Below the pieces are notes generated by a model that was not told the origin of the DNA, did no database searches, and worked only from the letters and a program-made list of their open reading frames with translations. This document shows positions 10,299-22,618 of a stretch of DNA of 57,739 bases, piece by piece. A program made the translations under genes and the position numbers. Each line of letters opens with the position of its first letter. Position 1 is the stretch's first letter. The DNA is from Guillardia theta CCMP2712 (Eukaryota > Protista > Cryptophyta): NCBI RefSeq assembly GCF_000315625.1, contig NW_005434655.1, forward strand, positions 109,807 through 167,545, in the 5' to 3' direction.

Positions 10299-12959
10299 TT
10301 GAACAATTTAGCTCCCCTGCTCAAATGTGTCGCAGGAATGGCCACCGTGCTGTGGGACTTGCCTATGGATCAAACTGAGTTGGACGAAATGGCTCCTGCC
10401 GCTCCTGCCGCTCCTGCCGCTCCTGCCGCTCCTGCCGCTCCTGATCCTGTTGCTCCTGTTGCTCCTGTTGCTCCTGTTGCTCCTGTTGCTCCTGTTGCTC
10501 CTGTTGCTCCTACCCCTGCGAATCTTGCTAATGTATTGCAGTCCTCATCAACGCAAGCTGGCATACATACAGTGCTTGCGCAACGAGAAGATGGTCAGGT
10601 CATCGTGGACTACGTGGTCTACGGCGGGCAGCTCATGTCAGCTGGTGTGCGTGAAGGAGACGTTCTGCTGGCCATCGATGACAAGAGCGTTACTGGGCTC
10701 ACGCTAGACTCCGTCAAGATCCTCATCCGAGGGCAGGCAGGGCAAGACGTTCTCCTTGACCTGCTCCGCGAGGCTTCCAGGGGGGATCAGGAGCAGCAGT
10801 ACCGCGTGCAGGTTACGAGGACGCGGTCGCTGGCGGAAGACGCCTGGTTGGCGATCTTCCGAGAGTTTCTCACCTTCGTCGACACACCTGATGAGGAGGC
10901 CAAGTGTGTCCAGCTAGCACAACAGCTATCGGATCCAGCTTTCTCCCAGGCTGCTGCCCTGCGGGACGAGGCGTACAGCAAGGTGCTGGAGCTGAAGAAG
11001 CGAGGGATCCCCCGGATTCCGGAGGGGTATCGATCGGGGGAGGAGTGGGACGCTCTGTATCAGAAGTACTTCAACATGATGAGGGAGAAGGATCGCTACG
11101 AGAACAAGCTCGAGGTGGTTGTCAACGAGTATGAGGAGACGATCCGGTCCCTCCAGGCCCAGCTCGCTCGCAAGGAAGAGGAGAGGGCTCAGTTGGCGGA
11201 GGAGCTCCAGAGCTCCAGAAGGCTGGAGTGTGCCCCAGTGGTCGTCAGCTTTGCCCGCAGGCAAGACTATGAGGAGAGGAGCAAGGAGGAGCTTGCGAGT
11301 GAGATCAGCAGGGCAGTCGGTATCGCTCCTGATCGCGTGCGGGTCCATCACTTTGACCAGGACTCGCTTCAGCTTCACGTCAACTTCCTGCCTGACGGCA
11401 GCGACGAGACTCCGTCAAGGCTGTCGCAGAAGTTCCTGGCGAAGCTCAAGGAGGCAGACGTCTCATCCCTCCCCTCCTTCCGATCGACCATCGTCTCAGC
11501 CAGCAAGGAACCGCAAGAGGAGCTGCTGTCTTTAAGCGACCGCGTGGCTGCCCTGCAGGAGCAGACGGGGGAGCTGCACCTGAGCTTGGAGCGGCAGAAG
11601 GAGGAGACAAGCGTCCTCAACCAACTCTACCAGACGAGCCTGTCGGAGAACGAGAGGAGGACCTTTTACTTCGAGGGAGAGATCAGTCGGCTCAAGGAGG
11701 AGCTCGACGCGGCGACGTTCTCCAAGATCCGTCAGGTCGACGAGCTGCAGAGGTCAAGGGCAGAGGTGGAGCAGCTGCTCCTGAGGCAGCTTGCGGAGGT
11801 GCAGGCGCAGCTGAGGAGGGAGAAGGAGGCAAACCGGCTGCTGTTCCTCGAGAACGAGCGCACCTCGCACGGCATCGAGAGGCTCCACGACGCCATCAAA
11901 CAGGTGGACCTGCAGCTGCAGGTGGCGAATGACAAGCTGGTGGTCGACAAGAAAGATTTCAACGAGCTGAGGAGGAGACGCGTCCTCGAGATCTCCGAGC
12001 TGGAAAATCAGCTGGTGGAGGCCAACAGAACGATCGAGCTGCAGAACCAGGACCTGATTAAGATGAAGCTGCTGCAAGGTCAGCTGGAGGGCTTGCGAGA
12101 CGAGCTAGTGCGGGAGCAGACCAAGACGGTGCAAGTGCAGGAGATCTGCAAACTGCAGTACGACAAGCGCGTGCAGGAGAGGGAGGAGCAGTTTTTGCGA
12201 GAGAAGAAGAGCCTGGAGGACAGGATGTCCATCTACGAGACGGAGAACGCGAAGCTGCACAAGGAGGCGCAGGACGGCATGAGGAGCGCAAACTCGGCGA
12301 AGAAGCAAGTGAGCTACCAGGAGGAGTACATCCGAAGTGTGGCCATCCAACAGAACCAACTGCAGGAAAAGAACAGGTGGGTTGCTGCTGGCCTGCTGTT
12401 GGACCTTTGCTGAGGCTTCTTCCCCTGCAGGATCCTCCTCCTGGAGCTAACGACGCTGGTAATCCCCCTCCCCCTCCCTCCACCCCTCCCCACACTCTTG
12501 CTGTGGTGGTTTTCCTGTCCTCTCACGCTGACAATGGTCTGCAGCGGGAGATGCTGAGACGGTCAGGCAAGCTTGAGACCAACGTCCTTGCCCAGCAGAG
12601 CCCGGAAACTCCATCATACAAGGTGAGAGGGAAGGACAGACAGAGGAGGACACGGAGGGAGGGGGGGAGGGAGGGAGGGAGGAACAGTAAGGGTGGGATG
12701 GTAAGGGAGAGGCAGGGAGTGCAAGGGAGGAACGGAGATAGAAGGATCGAACTGTTTGACTCTCTGCAAGCGCGAGGAGATGGAAAGGAACTCGATGCGG
12801 ATCCTCGAGTTGGAGGACCAGCTGAACATCAAGGAGATGGAGAGGAAGGCAGTAACAGCAGAGGTCCAGGAACTCCGAAGGTCCTCCCTGGGGGAAAACA
12901 TCTTCGACCCCATCCTCAACCTCTTCAAGCAGACACAGGAAGTCGTTTACACCACATGA
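10299..12959 (+). CDS. PDZ domain + long coiled-coil protein (start codon uncertain, probably an ATG at 10338-10389)
   Basis: VIVDYVVYGGQLMSAGVREGDVLLAIDDKSVTGLTLDSVKILIRGQAGQDVLLDLLR is PDZ-like; E/L/Q/K-rich heptad region; short 3' exons at ~12545-12622 and ~12741-12959; N-terminal (APA)/(APV) repeats from 9-bp units. Confidence 0.75.
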
Positions 12960-12966
12960 ATATCTC

Positions 12967-15900
12967 TCAGCACAGCGCTGCTGCCCCTCCTCCTCCTCCT
13001 CCTCCTCTCGCCTTGTCGATGTAGATCCTCACCAGCTTCAGTTGAGCTGCTGTCAGCAACCCGTCCAGCTCCACGAGCATCTCCTGGCCCAGCTGACGAT
13101 GAAGTTCAACCAGACACATGACAACCGACTGCCATCAAGTCATTCGCAACCTCCTCCTCCTCGCCCTCCAACCCCCCCCCCATCTCGCCCTCCTCGAACT
13201 TCGCCTCTGCACTCCGCGTCTTCTTCTCCATTCTCTGCCTTTAGCTCACTTCAACCTCTTCTTACCTTGCGGACGTCAGCGGAGCTGTGGTTGAGGGCGG
13301 ACGAGAGCAGGGGCAGGAGCAGAGGGACATGCGGCTCAAGCAAGGAGCGAGGGGTGCGACCTGCCTGCTTCTCCAGCAGCCTGATGACTACGGGGATGGT
13401 GGAGCCGGTCCCTTCCTCTCCCCGCGCGTTCCCCTCTTCCAGCGCCTGCGCCAGCATCCCCATGCTCCTCTGCGGATTGCAGCGCGTCATCATCCTTGCC
13501 GTCACTTCCTCCGCCTGTGCAGCGACGCTCCTCTTGCTCCTCGGAACCGATTCGAGCAGCTCCCTCAGCACCACCTGAGCCAGCGGGTCAACGTCCTCCT
13601 CCTCCTGCAGCGAGGCGTCCAGGAGCTTCAGACTCGCCATCTGAACTTCTGCCATGCCTGCCTGCGCTGCTCCTTTGAGGAGGAGGAGGATCAGCTGAAC
13701 AAGGCTTCCTCCTCCTCGCTCCCTGCTGGCTTCGCTGAAGGCTGCCAGCCTCCTCAGGTGTTCCAGCGAGGCCTCACAGTCCTGCCTGCTCAAGCTCGAG
13801 TTCAGCTGGGAGAGGATGGATGTCAGCAGCTCCCTGCTGCTCATGCTCTTCTCCTCCTCCCGCCATGGCGAACCCCTCACCCGCGGCTGCCGGTTTGCTT
13901 CCTGGTTCTCTATCCCCCTGTCATCCCACGAGTCCGCCCTCCCCTTCTCTCCTCCTTCCTCTTCATGCTGGCGCTTGCGCGGTGTCCTCTCCACCGGCCG
14001 CACGGTCTGACTCTCGCTCGCATGCTTGCTGCTCATCTCCATCGCTTCCTCCTCCTCCTCCTCGTAGTTGCAAGGCTGGTAACTCTTACTCTCCTCCTGT
14101 TCCTCGTCGTCCTCCTGAGCTGCTGCAGCATGCGAGTGGATCTCCCAGCCTTCCTCTCCTCTTACCTCCTTGTTCTGAGGAGAGCAGCACGAGGAGATGG
14201 CGTGGGCTGAGACAGCAGCTACTTCGGGAGAGAGCTTCTTGGTCCTCGCGTACGCGGCAGCCTCCCGGTCCAGGGAGGGGAGGGAGGGGAGGAGAGACTT
14301 CTTGATCGCCGCCTGCTGCTCCCCCGGCAGCTTCATCAGCGCCTCGTAGAAGGGGAGGGGGGCGAGGACGTAGAGCTGCACGAGGGCCTGCACGCTGCTC
14401 CTCCTGAGCTCGAGGACCTTGTCGATGGAGAGAGGGAGGAGCTTTAGGAAGAGGTTGCGAGCCTGGGAGGGGCAGGAGGCGATGAAGGGAGCGAAAACGG
14501 AGTAGGAGGAGATCAGATGCTGCAAGCATGCTGACTTCACCGGCGCCTGCGCAGCATCCAGAGCCTTCACCATCCCCATCAGGGTCACCTGAGACCCGCA
14601 GGACTCGTGAAGGCGGCGGAGGAGGAGGACGCTCGCAGACCGGACCTCCTCCTTCTTGTCACAGAGCCGCTGCATCAGCCGAGGGAGGACGAGGTCCAGG
14701 CACGGAGCGAGTGTCGCCGGCATGTGAGCAGCGAAGGCGTCAAGGAGCACCAGGGCCGCCTGCTGCACCTTGTGATGCGCGTCCCCGAGCCGCTCTGAGA
14801 TCAGGTCTGCGATCCTGTTGGCCGCGGAGGAGAGGGCCCGGGAGCTGGGGCTCGCCACTATCGCTCCTGCGAGCTTCAGGAGCGAGCCCTCCCGCAGCGA
14901 CCACAGGGAGTTGGACGCCTCCACCAGGCAACCGTTGAGCTCTTCCTCCGACAGAGCTCGGGGGATCACAGCATGCAGCACCTGGTTCCCCTCCTCCTTC
15001 CTCCCTCCTCCCTGCCCAGCGCTCCTCCAGGTCTTGTCCCTCCCATCCTCCATCCAGGCTCGCGCACTCTCGCTCTTCATCTGATCGTGGGAGCTCGGGT
15101 TGGCTGCTAGGACGTCAAGTGGAACTCTCCTGCACGTGGTCTTGATGCTCGCGCCAGCTCCTGCTCCTGCTCCTGCTCCTGCTCTTGCTCCTGCTCCTGC
15201 TCCTGATCTTCCTGTGCTGTCGAGCCCTGCTCCAACTCTCCGAGGACCTTGAGTCATGTGTGTCCTCTCATTCGCGACGGGAGGCTCTTTCCTCTGCGCA
15301 GCCGCCATCGTCGTGCTCGGCCTTGTTGGCTCCTCGTGAGCAGCAGGACGAGCTGCCTCCTGCACGGCGGTGCGAACGCGCACAGCTCCAGCAGTGGCAG
15401 GACGGGAGCCTGAGCGAGGCTTCGCCACAGGAGACGAGCAGGCGGCTTCCTCCAGAATCTTCTTCTGCATGGAGACATCGAGATTCCTCATCATCCTCCC
15501 CCCCCGGTCCTTGAAGCGCTCGCAGACCTCTGCTACACACCGACTGTGCAAGGGAGTAGTAGTAGCAGCAGCAGCAGCAGTAGCAGTAGAAGTAGTAGAA
15601 GGAAGAGGAGGAGGAGGAGGAGGAGACGTCAGCAGCTCATTGTAGGACAAAGAGAGGGTCTCACCGTGCTTCCAACCTCACATCGCCCTGTGCGTCAGAG
15701 AGGGAGGAGACGAGCACGTCCTCCAACTGATCGAACTGCTTCTCCATGTCTGCTCCATGGTAAGATCCTCCTCTCCTCCTCCTCTCTTCCTCCTCCTCTT
15801 CCCTCCCCATCCTCCTCCTCTCTTCCTCCTCCTCTTCCCTCCCCATCCTCCCACTTCTCATAAGGCTGCTCACCGCTCCAGGCCCACTTCTGGAGTATTA

Positions 15901-16799
15901 TCAGGATGCAGCTGAGGCTCTTTGCCTTGACGCCTGTTGAGCTGGAGTTCAGCCGAGCAAGGAGCAGAGACAAGGAGAGACCTGCCGCCTTGGACTTCAT
16001 GCCTTCAAGGAGCTTTGGGATCAGCCTGCCGCTGTGCGTGTGCGTGAAGATGGATTGCAGGCAGGAAAAGGCGGCCTCCGAGATGACCTTTGCAGCAATC
16101 AAGGATCAAGGGGGACGGAGGAGTTGGGGGGGGGGGAGGAGGAACCTGGATCGTGACGGGGATTTGCTTCAGACAGGAGGTGATCATGATCTCAGCTACA
16201 GGAGCGAAGCTTTGCTGCATGCTCTGGGCGTGCCCCGAGCCTCAGAAACGAGGGGGAGGAGGCATATAGTTCACCTCAGCGAGCAGGGTGACAGTCTTGC
16301 ATGCTTCCTTCACCAGCACGGACCTCAAGTCTGCAATGCAGTCCGCCAGGACTTGACGGGCGTTGTGGACCTGTCGACAGCAGCAGGCATTAGGAGGCAG
16401 GAAGTCAATAGCCCTCCAACGCGGACCAGAGAAGCGAAGGTGGGAAAGTCAGTAGCCCCTCCTTTGACGAGAGCCTGGCAAGAACGTAAGAGGAGGAAAG
16501 GAGAAGACGACCACTGCTCGAGGACAAGCATGCGCTTGCAGGGAGGAGAGAGAGGAGAGGGAGAGAGAGGAGGAACTAGAGGAGCATTGGGAGGAGGAAG
16601 AGCAGGCTCACCCTGATCAACCGGAGAGCATCACATCTTTTGTTCCAGTTGTCGTGGCTCTTGTTGAGCAGGTCTTGGAGGATGCTCTCAAAGTGTCGCG
16701 CCAGGTCCTTCTCAGAGTAGACCTGCTCGCACACCACTCACTCCTCCTCAGTTTCCTCCCCTCCCTTACCACTCTTGGTTCTGGACTCTCTGCAGACAT
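12967..16799 (-). CDS. CLASP: CLIP-associating protein (CLASP), TOG/HEAT-repeat microtubule regulator
   Basis: N-terminal DNWNKRCDALR...VISEAAFSCL...SDAQGDVRLEAR; central HEAT ERLGDAHHKVQQAAL; C-terminal ALNHSSADVRK|SVVMCLVELH...QLKLVRIYI, characteristic of the CLASP CLIP-interacting domain. Many short introns. Confidence 0.85.
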
Positions 16800-17269
16800 C
16801 TCCTGGGATCGCAACACGGTCACGATATGACCGAATTCCTGTGACATCAACCATAGTCATGTAAGCCATTAATCTATAGGCGCTATGAACGATGAGAGGG
16901 ACGGTGGTGCATCTTAAGGAATGAAATTTTTTTGAAGTGTGAGATCCATATGATCGAAGGAGCTTTGGCTAAAGGGTCGATAGTCAGTCATGTCATTCTT
17001 TCCCCCAAGAAATCAGCAATCAATTCGAGGGAGTTGAGAAAATGATGCGATGCACTGTCAAAAAAAAGTTCGTTTGAAATTGAATTGCCGGCAAGCAGAT
17101 TATTGAAACATGCACAGACAGTGACAAAGATGGAACATTGGGGGCGACCATGAAAGGGCTGGCACGCTTAAACTCTGACAAAGAAAAGGGTCGGGCGATG
17201 CAGTCATAAATAGCGTAAGAAGCAAGAACAGGAACAGAAGTAGGTGCATTCGCAGGGGGATACGGTGAA

Positions 17270-17394
17270 GCAGAAGAATCAGGTAGTAGCAGCAGCAGCA
17301 GCAGGGGAAGCAAAAGGAGCAGGAGGAGAAGCAGAAGGAGTAGGAGGAGAAGCAGTAGGATTTCCAGGAGAAGCAGAAGGAGCAAGAACAGGAT

Positions 17395-17440
<46 letters not shown>

Positions 17441-17562
17441 AGCTCCAGAAGAAGTAGGAGAAGCAGAAGGAGAAGCAGGAGCAGGAGAAGCAGGAGAATC
17501 AGGAGGAGACAAATCAACAGCAGCAGCAGCAAGAGCAGAAGGAGCGGCAGCAGCAGCAGAAG
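17270..17562. repeat. Degenerate (GGA/GCA/AGA)n purine-rich microsatellite
   Basis: Directly visible; source of the poly-L, SR and PA ORFs. Confidence 0.9.
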
Positions 17563-18510
17563 CATGAACGGCGCTGGAGTGAAACGTGTGGGTCCCGTTA
17601 GCAAGCATATCGGGGAATTCGAAATGGTCGTTATAAACCCGTTACCATCAAAACAATGGGCAGCCAGTGAATCCGGTCGGAGGGCGCCTCCCGGCCCGGC
17701 GGGCGACCCGGGGGCCGGCTGTCGAGTCACACGCCGTACTGAGGGCAGTGACTCTCGTCGGGGGACATCCGCCATGGCGGCATGATGCGAGCCTGAGTCC
17801 GAGCGTAAGAGGTTGCATACGCTGGCAAGATGTATAAAATGCCAGCTAGAATCGATAACGTGCACCAAACGTAGACGTACCGTACGTATGGCGCATGAGT
17901 ACGATGAAAGCATGAGGCTAGGTACGAGTTCAGTACACATGTTGACTCATTGAGGTACTACGAGCACCAACTAGACCTCGACATGTAAGCAGCCTAGCTT
18001 GGCATTTAAGCCGCGGTGTTAGGGATTGACAATCCTGATGATGTACTCTCAATCTATGAACTTGAACCAACTTGATAACTGATCAATAACTTGCGTTAAA
18101 AAGCAAACAGGAACCTCAACACAACCGCGCTCTCTGAACGTGTAGGAAGCTTTTGGATAGATTCATTATAACCGATGGATAGGTTAAGCTACGGTTAACT
18201 GAATTAGACGATAACCACTTAGGTAACTCCTATCACGCGGCAAGCAGGTTGCAGGAGGCGCTGACGTGTGCATCCTTACTGCTGTACATTACCAATCTAG
18301 GTTCATTGCGAATCTGTTCACTCCTAAGTGCACTATCGCTCAGTTGTTGGATTATCTCCGCATCCGTTCCAAATGAACGCAAATGAATATCTAGATGGAG
18401 GAAAAAAGGCACCGTGAGCTATCCTATCGATGACCTTTCCTGTCCCTGGTCTGAGTCGACAGCAACCTCCTGACTCAGATCCCATCACGCTTGCTGCTGC
18501 ATCTCCAGCC

Positions 18511-19101
18511 TCATAGCGATCCCACGCCTACTGTCACGTCCCCCATACTATCGACCATTGGGTCCTCAAGCGTCTTCTCCAGCAGCGCCTCTACCTGCTC
18601 CGCCCTCAGGATCTTGCTGATCGCCGCCCGGCTCTTCCCGTACATCTTGGCGATGTGGCTCTGGCTCACCCGCGTCGCGCGGTCTCGCGAGGACCCGTAG
18701 AAGAGCGACACGATGTGGATCTTGTCCTCGGTCGAGAGCCTCTTCTTGTTCATGCAGGAGGAGCTGTGCTTCAGCTTGCGCTCGTCGGTCCAGGGCCGGC
18801 GGGTCGCGGGAAAGAGGGCCCGAGGAGAGACACAGGGGTCGTGTGATGATGTTTTTGACCATGCTGATATTGGTGGGGGTGATGGTCGTGGTTGGGATGA
18901 TGATGCTTCTGATGATGATGATATCGGCATTGGTTGTGCAAGTGATGATGATGATGTTGACGAACACGAACACGACGACGATGACAGTGACGACGTTGAC
19001 GACGATGATGAGGAGAAGGCGGAGGAGATAGGGAGGGAGCAAATGAAGCAGTCATCGTCACAGCAAGGGGAGCAAGGGGCAGGAGGACTGCTGCGCACCA
19101 T
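18511..19101 (-). CDS. Stand-alone CENP-B-N/Psq-type helix-turn-helix protein, copy A (divergent N- and C-termini)
   Basis: KKRLSTEDKIHIVSLFY...VSQSHIAKMYGKSRAAISKILR resembles the CENP-B/pogo N-terminal HTH; N-terminal CSPCCDDDCFIC motif. Confidence 0.7.
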   Translation of the reverse strand: MVRSSPPAPCSPCCDDDCFICSLPISSAFSSSSSSTSSLSSSSCSCSSTSSSSLAQPMPISSSSEASSSQPRPSPPPISAWSKTSSHDPCVSPRALFPATRRPWTDERKLKHSSSCMNKKRLSTEDKIHIVSLFYGSSRDRATRVSQSHIAKMYGKSRAAISKILRAEQVEALLEKTLEDPMVDSMGDVTVGVGSL

Positions 19102-19173
19102 GATGGGCAGCGGTGGCAGGGAACAATAATAAAACGAGTTTCTGATACGGAAAGAGTGCTGGTACTAGTCATT

Positions 19174-19208
19174 CTGATTTTTTAACTTACCTTTGAGTAA
19201 AGTTAAGT
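19174..19208 (+). repeat. Dispersed repeat copy 3 with a near-complete palindrome ACTTACCTTT-GAGT-AAAGTTAAGT
   Basis: CTGATTTTTTAACTTACCTTTGAGTAAA matches the 36-bp repeat; arms 19185-19194 and 19199-19208 pair at 9/10. Confidence 0.85.
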
Positions 19209-19709
19209 GACGGTTTACTTGAAGATCTGCAAAAAAGGTTATAAAAGTTTACATCGGGTCCTCTATATGTTTATAAGTGAACTCCCCTTCAGGAAAACAG
19301 TTGTCACGTCAATCGACGGCGAGTGATGACTAAAACCGCCAGTACAACTTCGGAAAAAGAAAAGAACAAGATATTGAATGGTGCGTTCCCCACAATGGCC
19401 CCTGCAACTCCGGATGACCCCCTTCCCTCCCACCCCCACCAATGACTGACGTAGTACCCCACGTGCTCTGCATCGGGCATTGCTCCCATGACTACTTTTT
19501 TTTTTCCTCGGAGCGTCCTGTATCGAACGAAAAGACTCTTGTTCGCTCTCTACCACTCGGCGAGCAAAACCGCAACGTTCCAGCCCGTATACTTCCAAAG
19601 AAAAAACAGAAAAACAAAAACAATTGATGGTCAAAATAGCCTCGCCTGATCCCCTACGATACTCGTCACTGTCTCCTCACCGCCTCCCACGCGCCGACAG
19701 ATTCCGCTC

Positions 19710-20222
19710 ATGCAGCTGCCTCCTCCTATTTCTTCTCCTATGGCTCTCCTGTTCCCTGTTCCCTCGTCTCCTCCTCCTCCTCCCCCTCCTTGCTCCTCCT
19801 GCTGTGATGGCGACTGCCTCATATGCTCCCTCCCTCCCTCCCACTGCCTCCTTACAACCGACATTCCCTATGACTCCTGCGCTGACCTCTGGTCGGAGCG
19901 CGCTCCGTCGCCCCCCTCAGCCGGCCCCTGTGTCTCTCCTTCGCCCCCCGTCCTCACGACCCGCCGGCCCTGGACCGACGAGCGCAAGCTGAAGCACAGC
20001 TCCTCCTGCATGAACAAGAAAAGGCTCTCGACCGAGGACAAGATCCACATCGTGTCGCTCTTCTACGGGTCCTCGCGAGACCGCGCGACGCGGGTGAGCC
20101 AGAGCCACATCGCCAAGATGTACGGGAAGAGCCGGGCGGCGATCAGCAAGATCTTGAGGGCGGAGCAGGTAGAGGCGCTGCTGGAGAAGACGCTGGAGGG
20201 CGAGACTGGAGACGATGAGTGA
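19710..20222 (+). CDS. Stand-alone CENP-B-N/Psq-type HTH protein, copy B
   Basis: 170-aa ORF, HTH identical to copies A, C and D; CSSCCDGDCLIC motif. Confidence 0.75.
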   Translation: MQLPPPISSPMALLFPVPSSPPPPPPPCSSCCDGDCLICSLPPSHCLLTTDIPYDSCADLWSERAPSPPSAGPCVSPSPPVLTTRRPWTDERKLKHSSSCMNKKRLSTEDKIHIVSLFYGSSRDRATRVSQSHIAKMYGKSRAAISKILRAEQVEALLEKTLEGETGDDE

Positions 20223-21203
20223 GGGCGGGAAGTGAAAGGTCAATTGTGGGAGGAAGGAGGAAGAGAGCCTGGGAACAGCAGGAGGGAGGAGGCATCAGGG
20301 AACAGGAGGAGAGGAGAGGATGGTTTAACTCGTATACACGTGAATGAAGGAGGAATGAACAAGGGAAGTCGTATTGCGATGATCTTCAAGAGCAGGAGAA
20401 GAGAAATCCGTTGTGCGAGACAGAATCGTTGATAATGCGTCTATGCTGCTGATCTTAGGGGGAGATCAGGGGGATCTGATGTTGTAACCGTATGACGTTA
20501 CGTTGGTAACTGCATCAGGATTGAGGAGGGTCCTTGCTGCCTTGTTGATCACTTGATGGTTATAACAGAAGGCTGTGATAGATTCTTCTGCCCAATCTTG
20601 CTCCACAAGGCTTGAGCTTTGAAACTTTGTTAGAGCTCGCATGATAAGGAGCGGAGTGGAACGACTGTTAGATTATCGATTGCGCTTCACTTATGAGATC
20701 AGTAAAAGGATCATAGCAGATAAACATTCGGGGATCGAAGGTGGAATGCTGATCTGTATGTACTTCACATAAACCAATACGCCCCAACATCATACTTGGT
20801 TGGGAAGGAGGACGCCGGAAGGCTGATGTGACACGTGCGGTATCCATACAAGTTCCGTTACGCAGACGTCCGGATCCTGAGCCTCGGGGGCCAGAACAAG
20901 TTATTATTATTATAATCTCTCAAACTATCCCGTTGTCCTTTATCCCCCTCATTGCAATAAGTTTGTTTGAAAGCATTGTGAATGTATGAGATCCATTTAC
21001 AGATAATTTCAATATTTATGCAGATATTACAGCAAAATCCACGAAATCCTCCTGTGGGTGTGGATCGTTGCGGTTGAGATAATGAACTTGGGTTTACTTC
21101 GGAGATCTTTACAGCCAGCACGCGCGCTAAAAGGCAACAGCCACAACCTCTCATCCAATGGGAAAAATGAATTTTCTTCACCATCCTTCGTGAGCCTTCC
21201 CAC

Positions 21204-21719
21204 GTGCTCACCCCGCTGCCTCCTACTCCTCCTCCTCCTCTGGCTCTCCTCCCTCCTTCTATGGCTCTCCTCCCTCCTCCCCCTCCTTGCTCCTCCTGCT
21301 GTGATGGCGACTGCCTCATATGCTCCCTCCCTCCCTCCCACTGCCTCCTTACAACCGACATTCCCTATGACTCCTGCGCTGACCTCTGGTCGGAGCCCCC
21401 TCTGTCGCCCCCCTCAGCCGGCCCCTGTGTCTCTCCTCGGCCCCCCGTCCTCGCGACCTGCCGGCCCTGGACCGACGAGCGCAAGCTGAAGCACAGCTCC
21501 TCCTGCATGAACAAGAAGAGGCTCTCGACCGAGGACAAGATCCACATCGTGTCGCTCTTCTACGGGTCCTCGCGAGACCGCGCGACGCGGGTGAGCCAGA
21601 GCCACATCGCCAAGATGTACGGGAAGAGCCGGGCGGCGATCAGCAAGATCCTGAGGGCGGAGCAGGTAGAGGCGCTGCTGGAGAAGACGCTGGAGGGCGA
21701 GACTGGAGACGATGAGTGA
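21204..21719 (+). CDS. Stand-alone HTH protein, copy C (5' end replaced, no matching ATG; possibly a pseudogene)
   Basis: Near-identical to copy B from ~21217 onward; the ORF start in the track is not an ATG. Confidence 0.6.
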   Translation: MLTPLPPTPPPPLALLPPSMALLPPPPPCSSCCDGDCLICSLPPSHCLLTTDIPYDSCADLWSEPPLSPPSAGPCVSPRPPVLATCRPWTDERKLKHSSSCMNKKRLSTEDKIHIVSLFYGSSRDRATRVSQSHIAKMYGKSRAAISKILRAEQVEALLEKTLEGETGDDE

Positions 21720-21728
21720 GGGCGGGAA

Positions 21729-22031
21729 GTGAAAGGGATTGACTTTCCCACCAAATATGACGGCAAGAGGCATTCTGATATGAAATATCTGTCGAAACGC
21801 ATCAAGGAAGAGGCTGAAGCTCTTGACATATACAAGGCTGATCCCAATCGCATTGAGGCAGGTTTCATGTTTGATCAATGCGAAAATTATCTTTTCGAGG
21901 AATATGAGAAGGTGACTAAGACAGAGACGAATGGTGACATGTCAAGATTTTCGCAACTGTGTTGGATGACAGTAGTAGGTGTGCTGAGAGGCGACAGGAA
22001 ACGCCAGAAGGCTGTGAGATCCGAGACCTAA
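21729..22031 (+). mobile_element. Fragment of a Crypton-like protein C-terminal domain
   Basis: KGIDFPTKYDGKRHSDMKYL...SQLCWMTVVGVLR is clearly paralogous to the C-terminus of ORF 23255-24349 (RGIDFPTKSDGKRHSDLNFM...SLLCWLTVVDMLR), in the opposite orientation. Confidence 0.6.
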
Positions 22032-22195
22032 GTTAATGAATGTGATAAGAGTGAATCACATTGTCACGTGTTTGAAACAAGTTCGAGGGCCATCAGGAAA
22101 CGCCGGAAGGCTGTGAGATCCGAGACCTAAGTTAACTGATGAATGTAATAAGAGTGAATCACATTGTCACGTGTTTGAAACAAGTTCGAGGGCCA
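21995..22195 (+). repeat. ~99-bp tandem duplication at the end of the Crypton-like fragment
   Basis: CAGGAAACGCC...CAAGTTCGAGGGCCA starts at 21995 and again at 22094. Confidence 0.9.
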
Positions 22196-22618
22196 CAGAA
22201 AGGCTGATCCCAATCTACAAGGCTGATCCCAATCGCATTGAGGCAGGTACCGTCGGCCACTCCCTGCAAGTACATTCAGTTTGATATAACCAAGTTGCAA
22301 TATGCTTGATTTCATGACCTCCGTTCCAGCCACTCACTCTCTATCTCTCCCTGCCATCTCGCTTTCCCAGTCCCTTCATCCGTCCCTGCTTCCCTCACTC
22401 ACTTGCGCACTCTATCCATGCATTTGTCTCTCTACGACTTCCCTTCATCACTTATGATACATGCCTTCTCAGGAAGAATGCTGTACATTTCGATCTTAAG
22501 CAATGTCTAATAAGGTGCCAAATGATTAACATACTCATAATTATCAAATATGCAAGCATATTTCTTGACTGTTTAGTCCATATACTTGAGAAAGCGAGCA
22601 TCAACCTGTCACATTCCG

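Noticed and set aside
17020-17940. 306-aa Leu-rich ORF and overlapping SR-rich ORF
   Set aside because: Artefacts of the GGA/GCA microsatellite; no domain signal.
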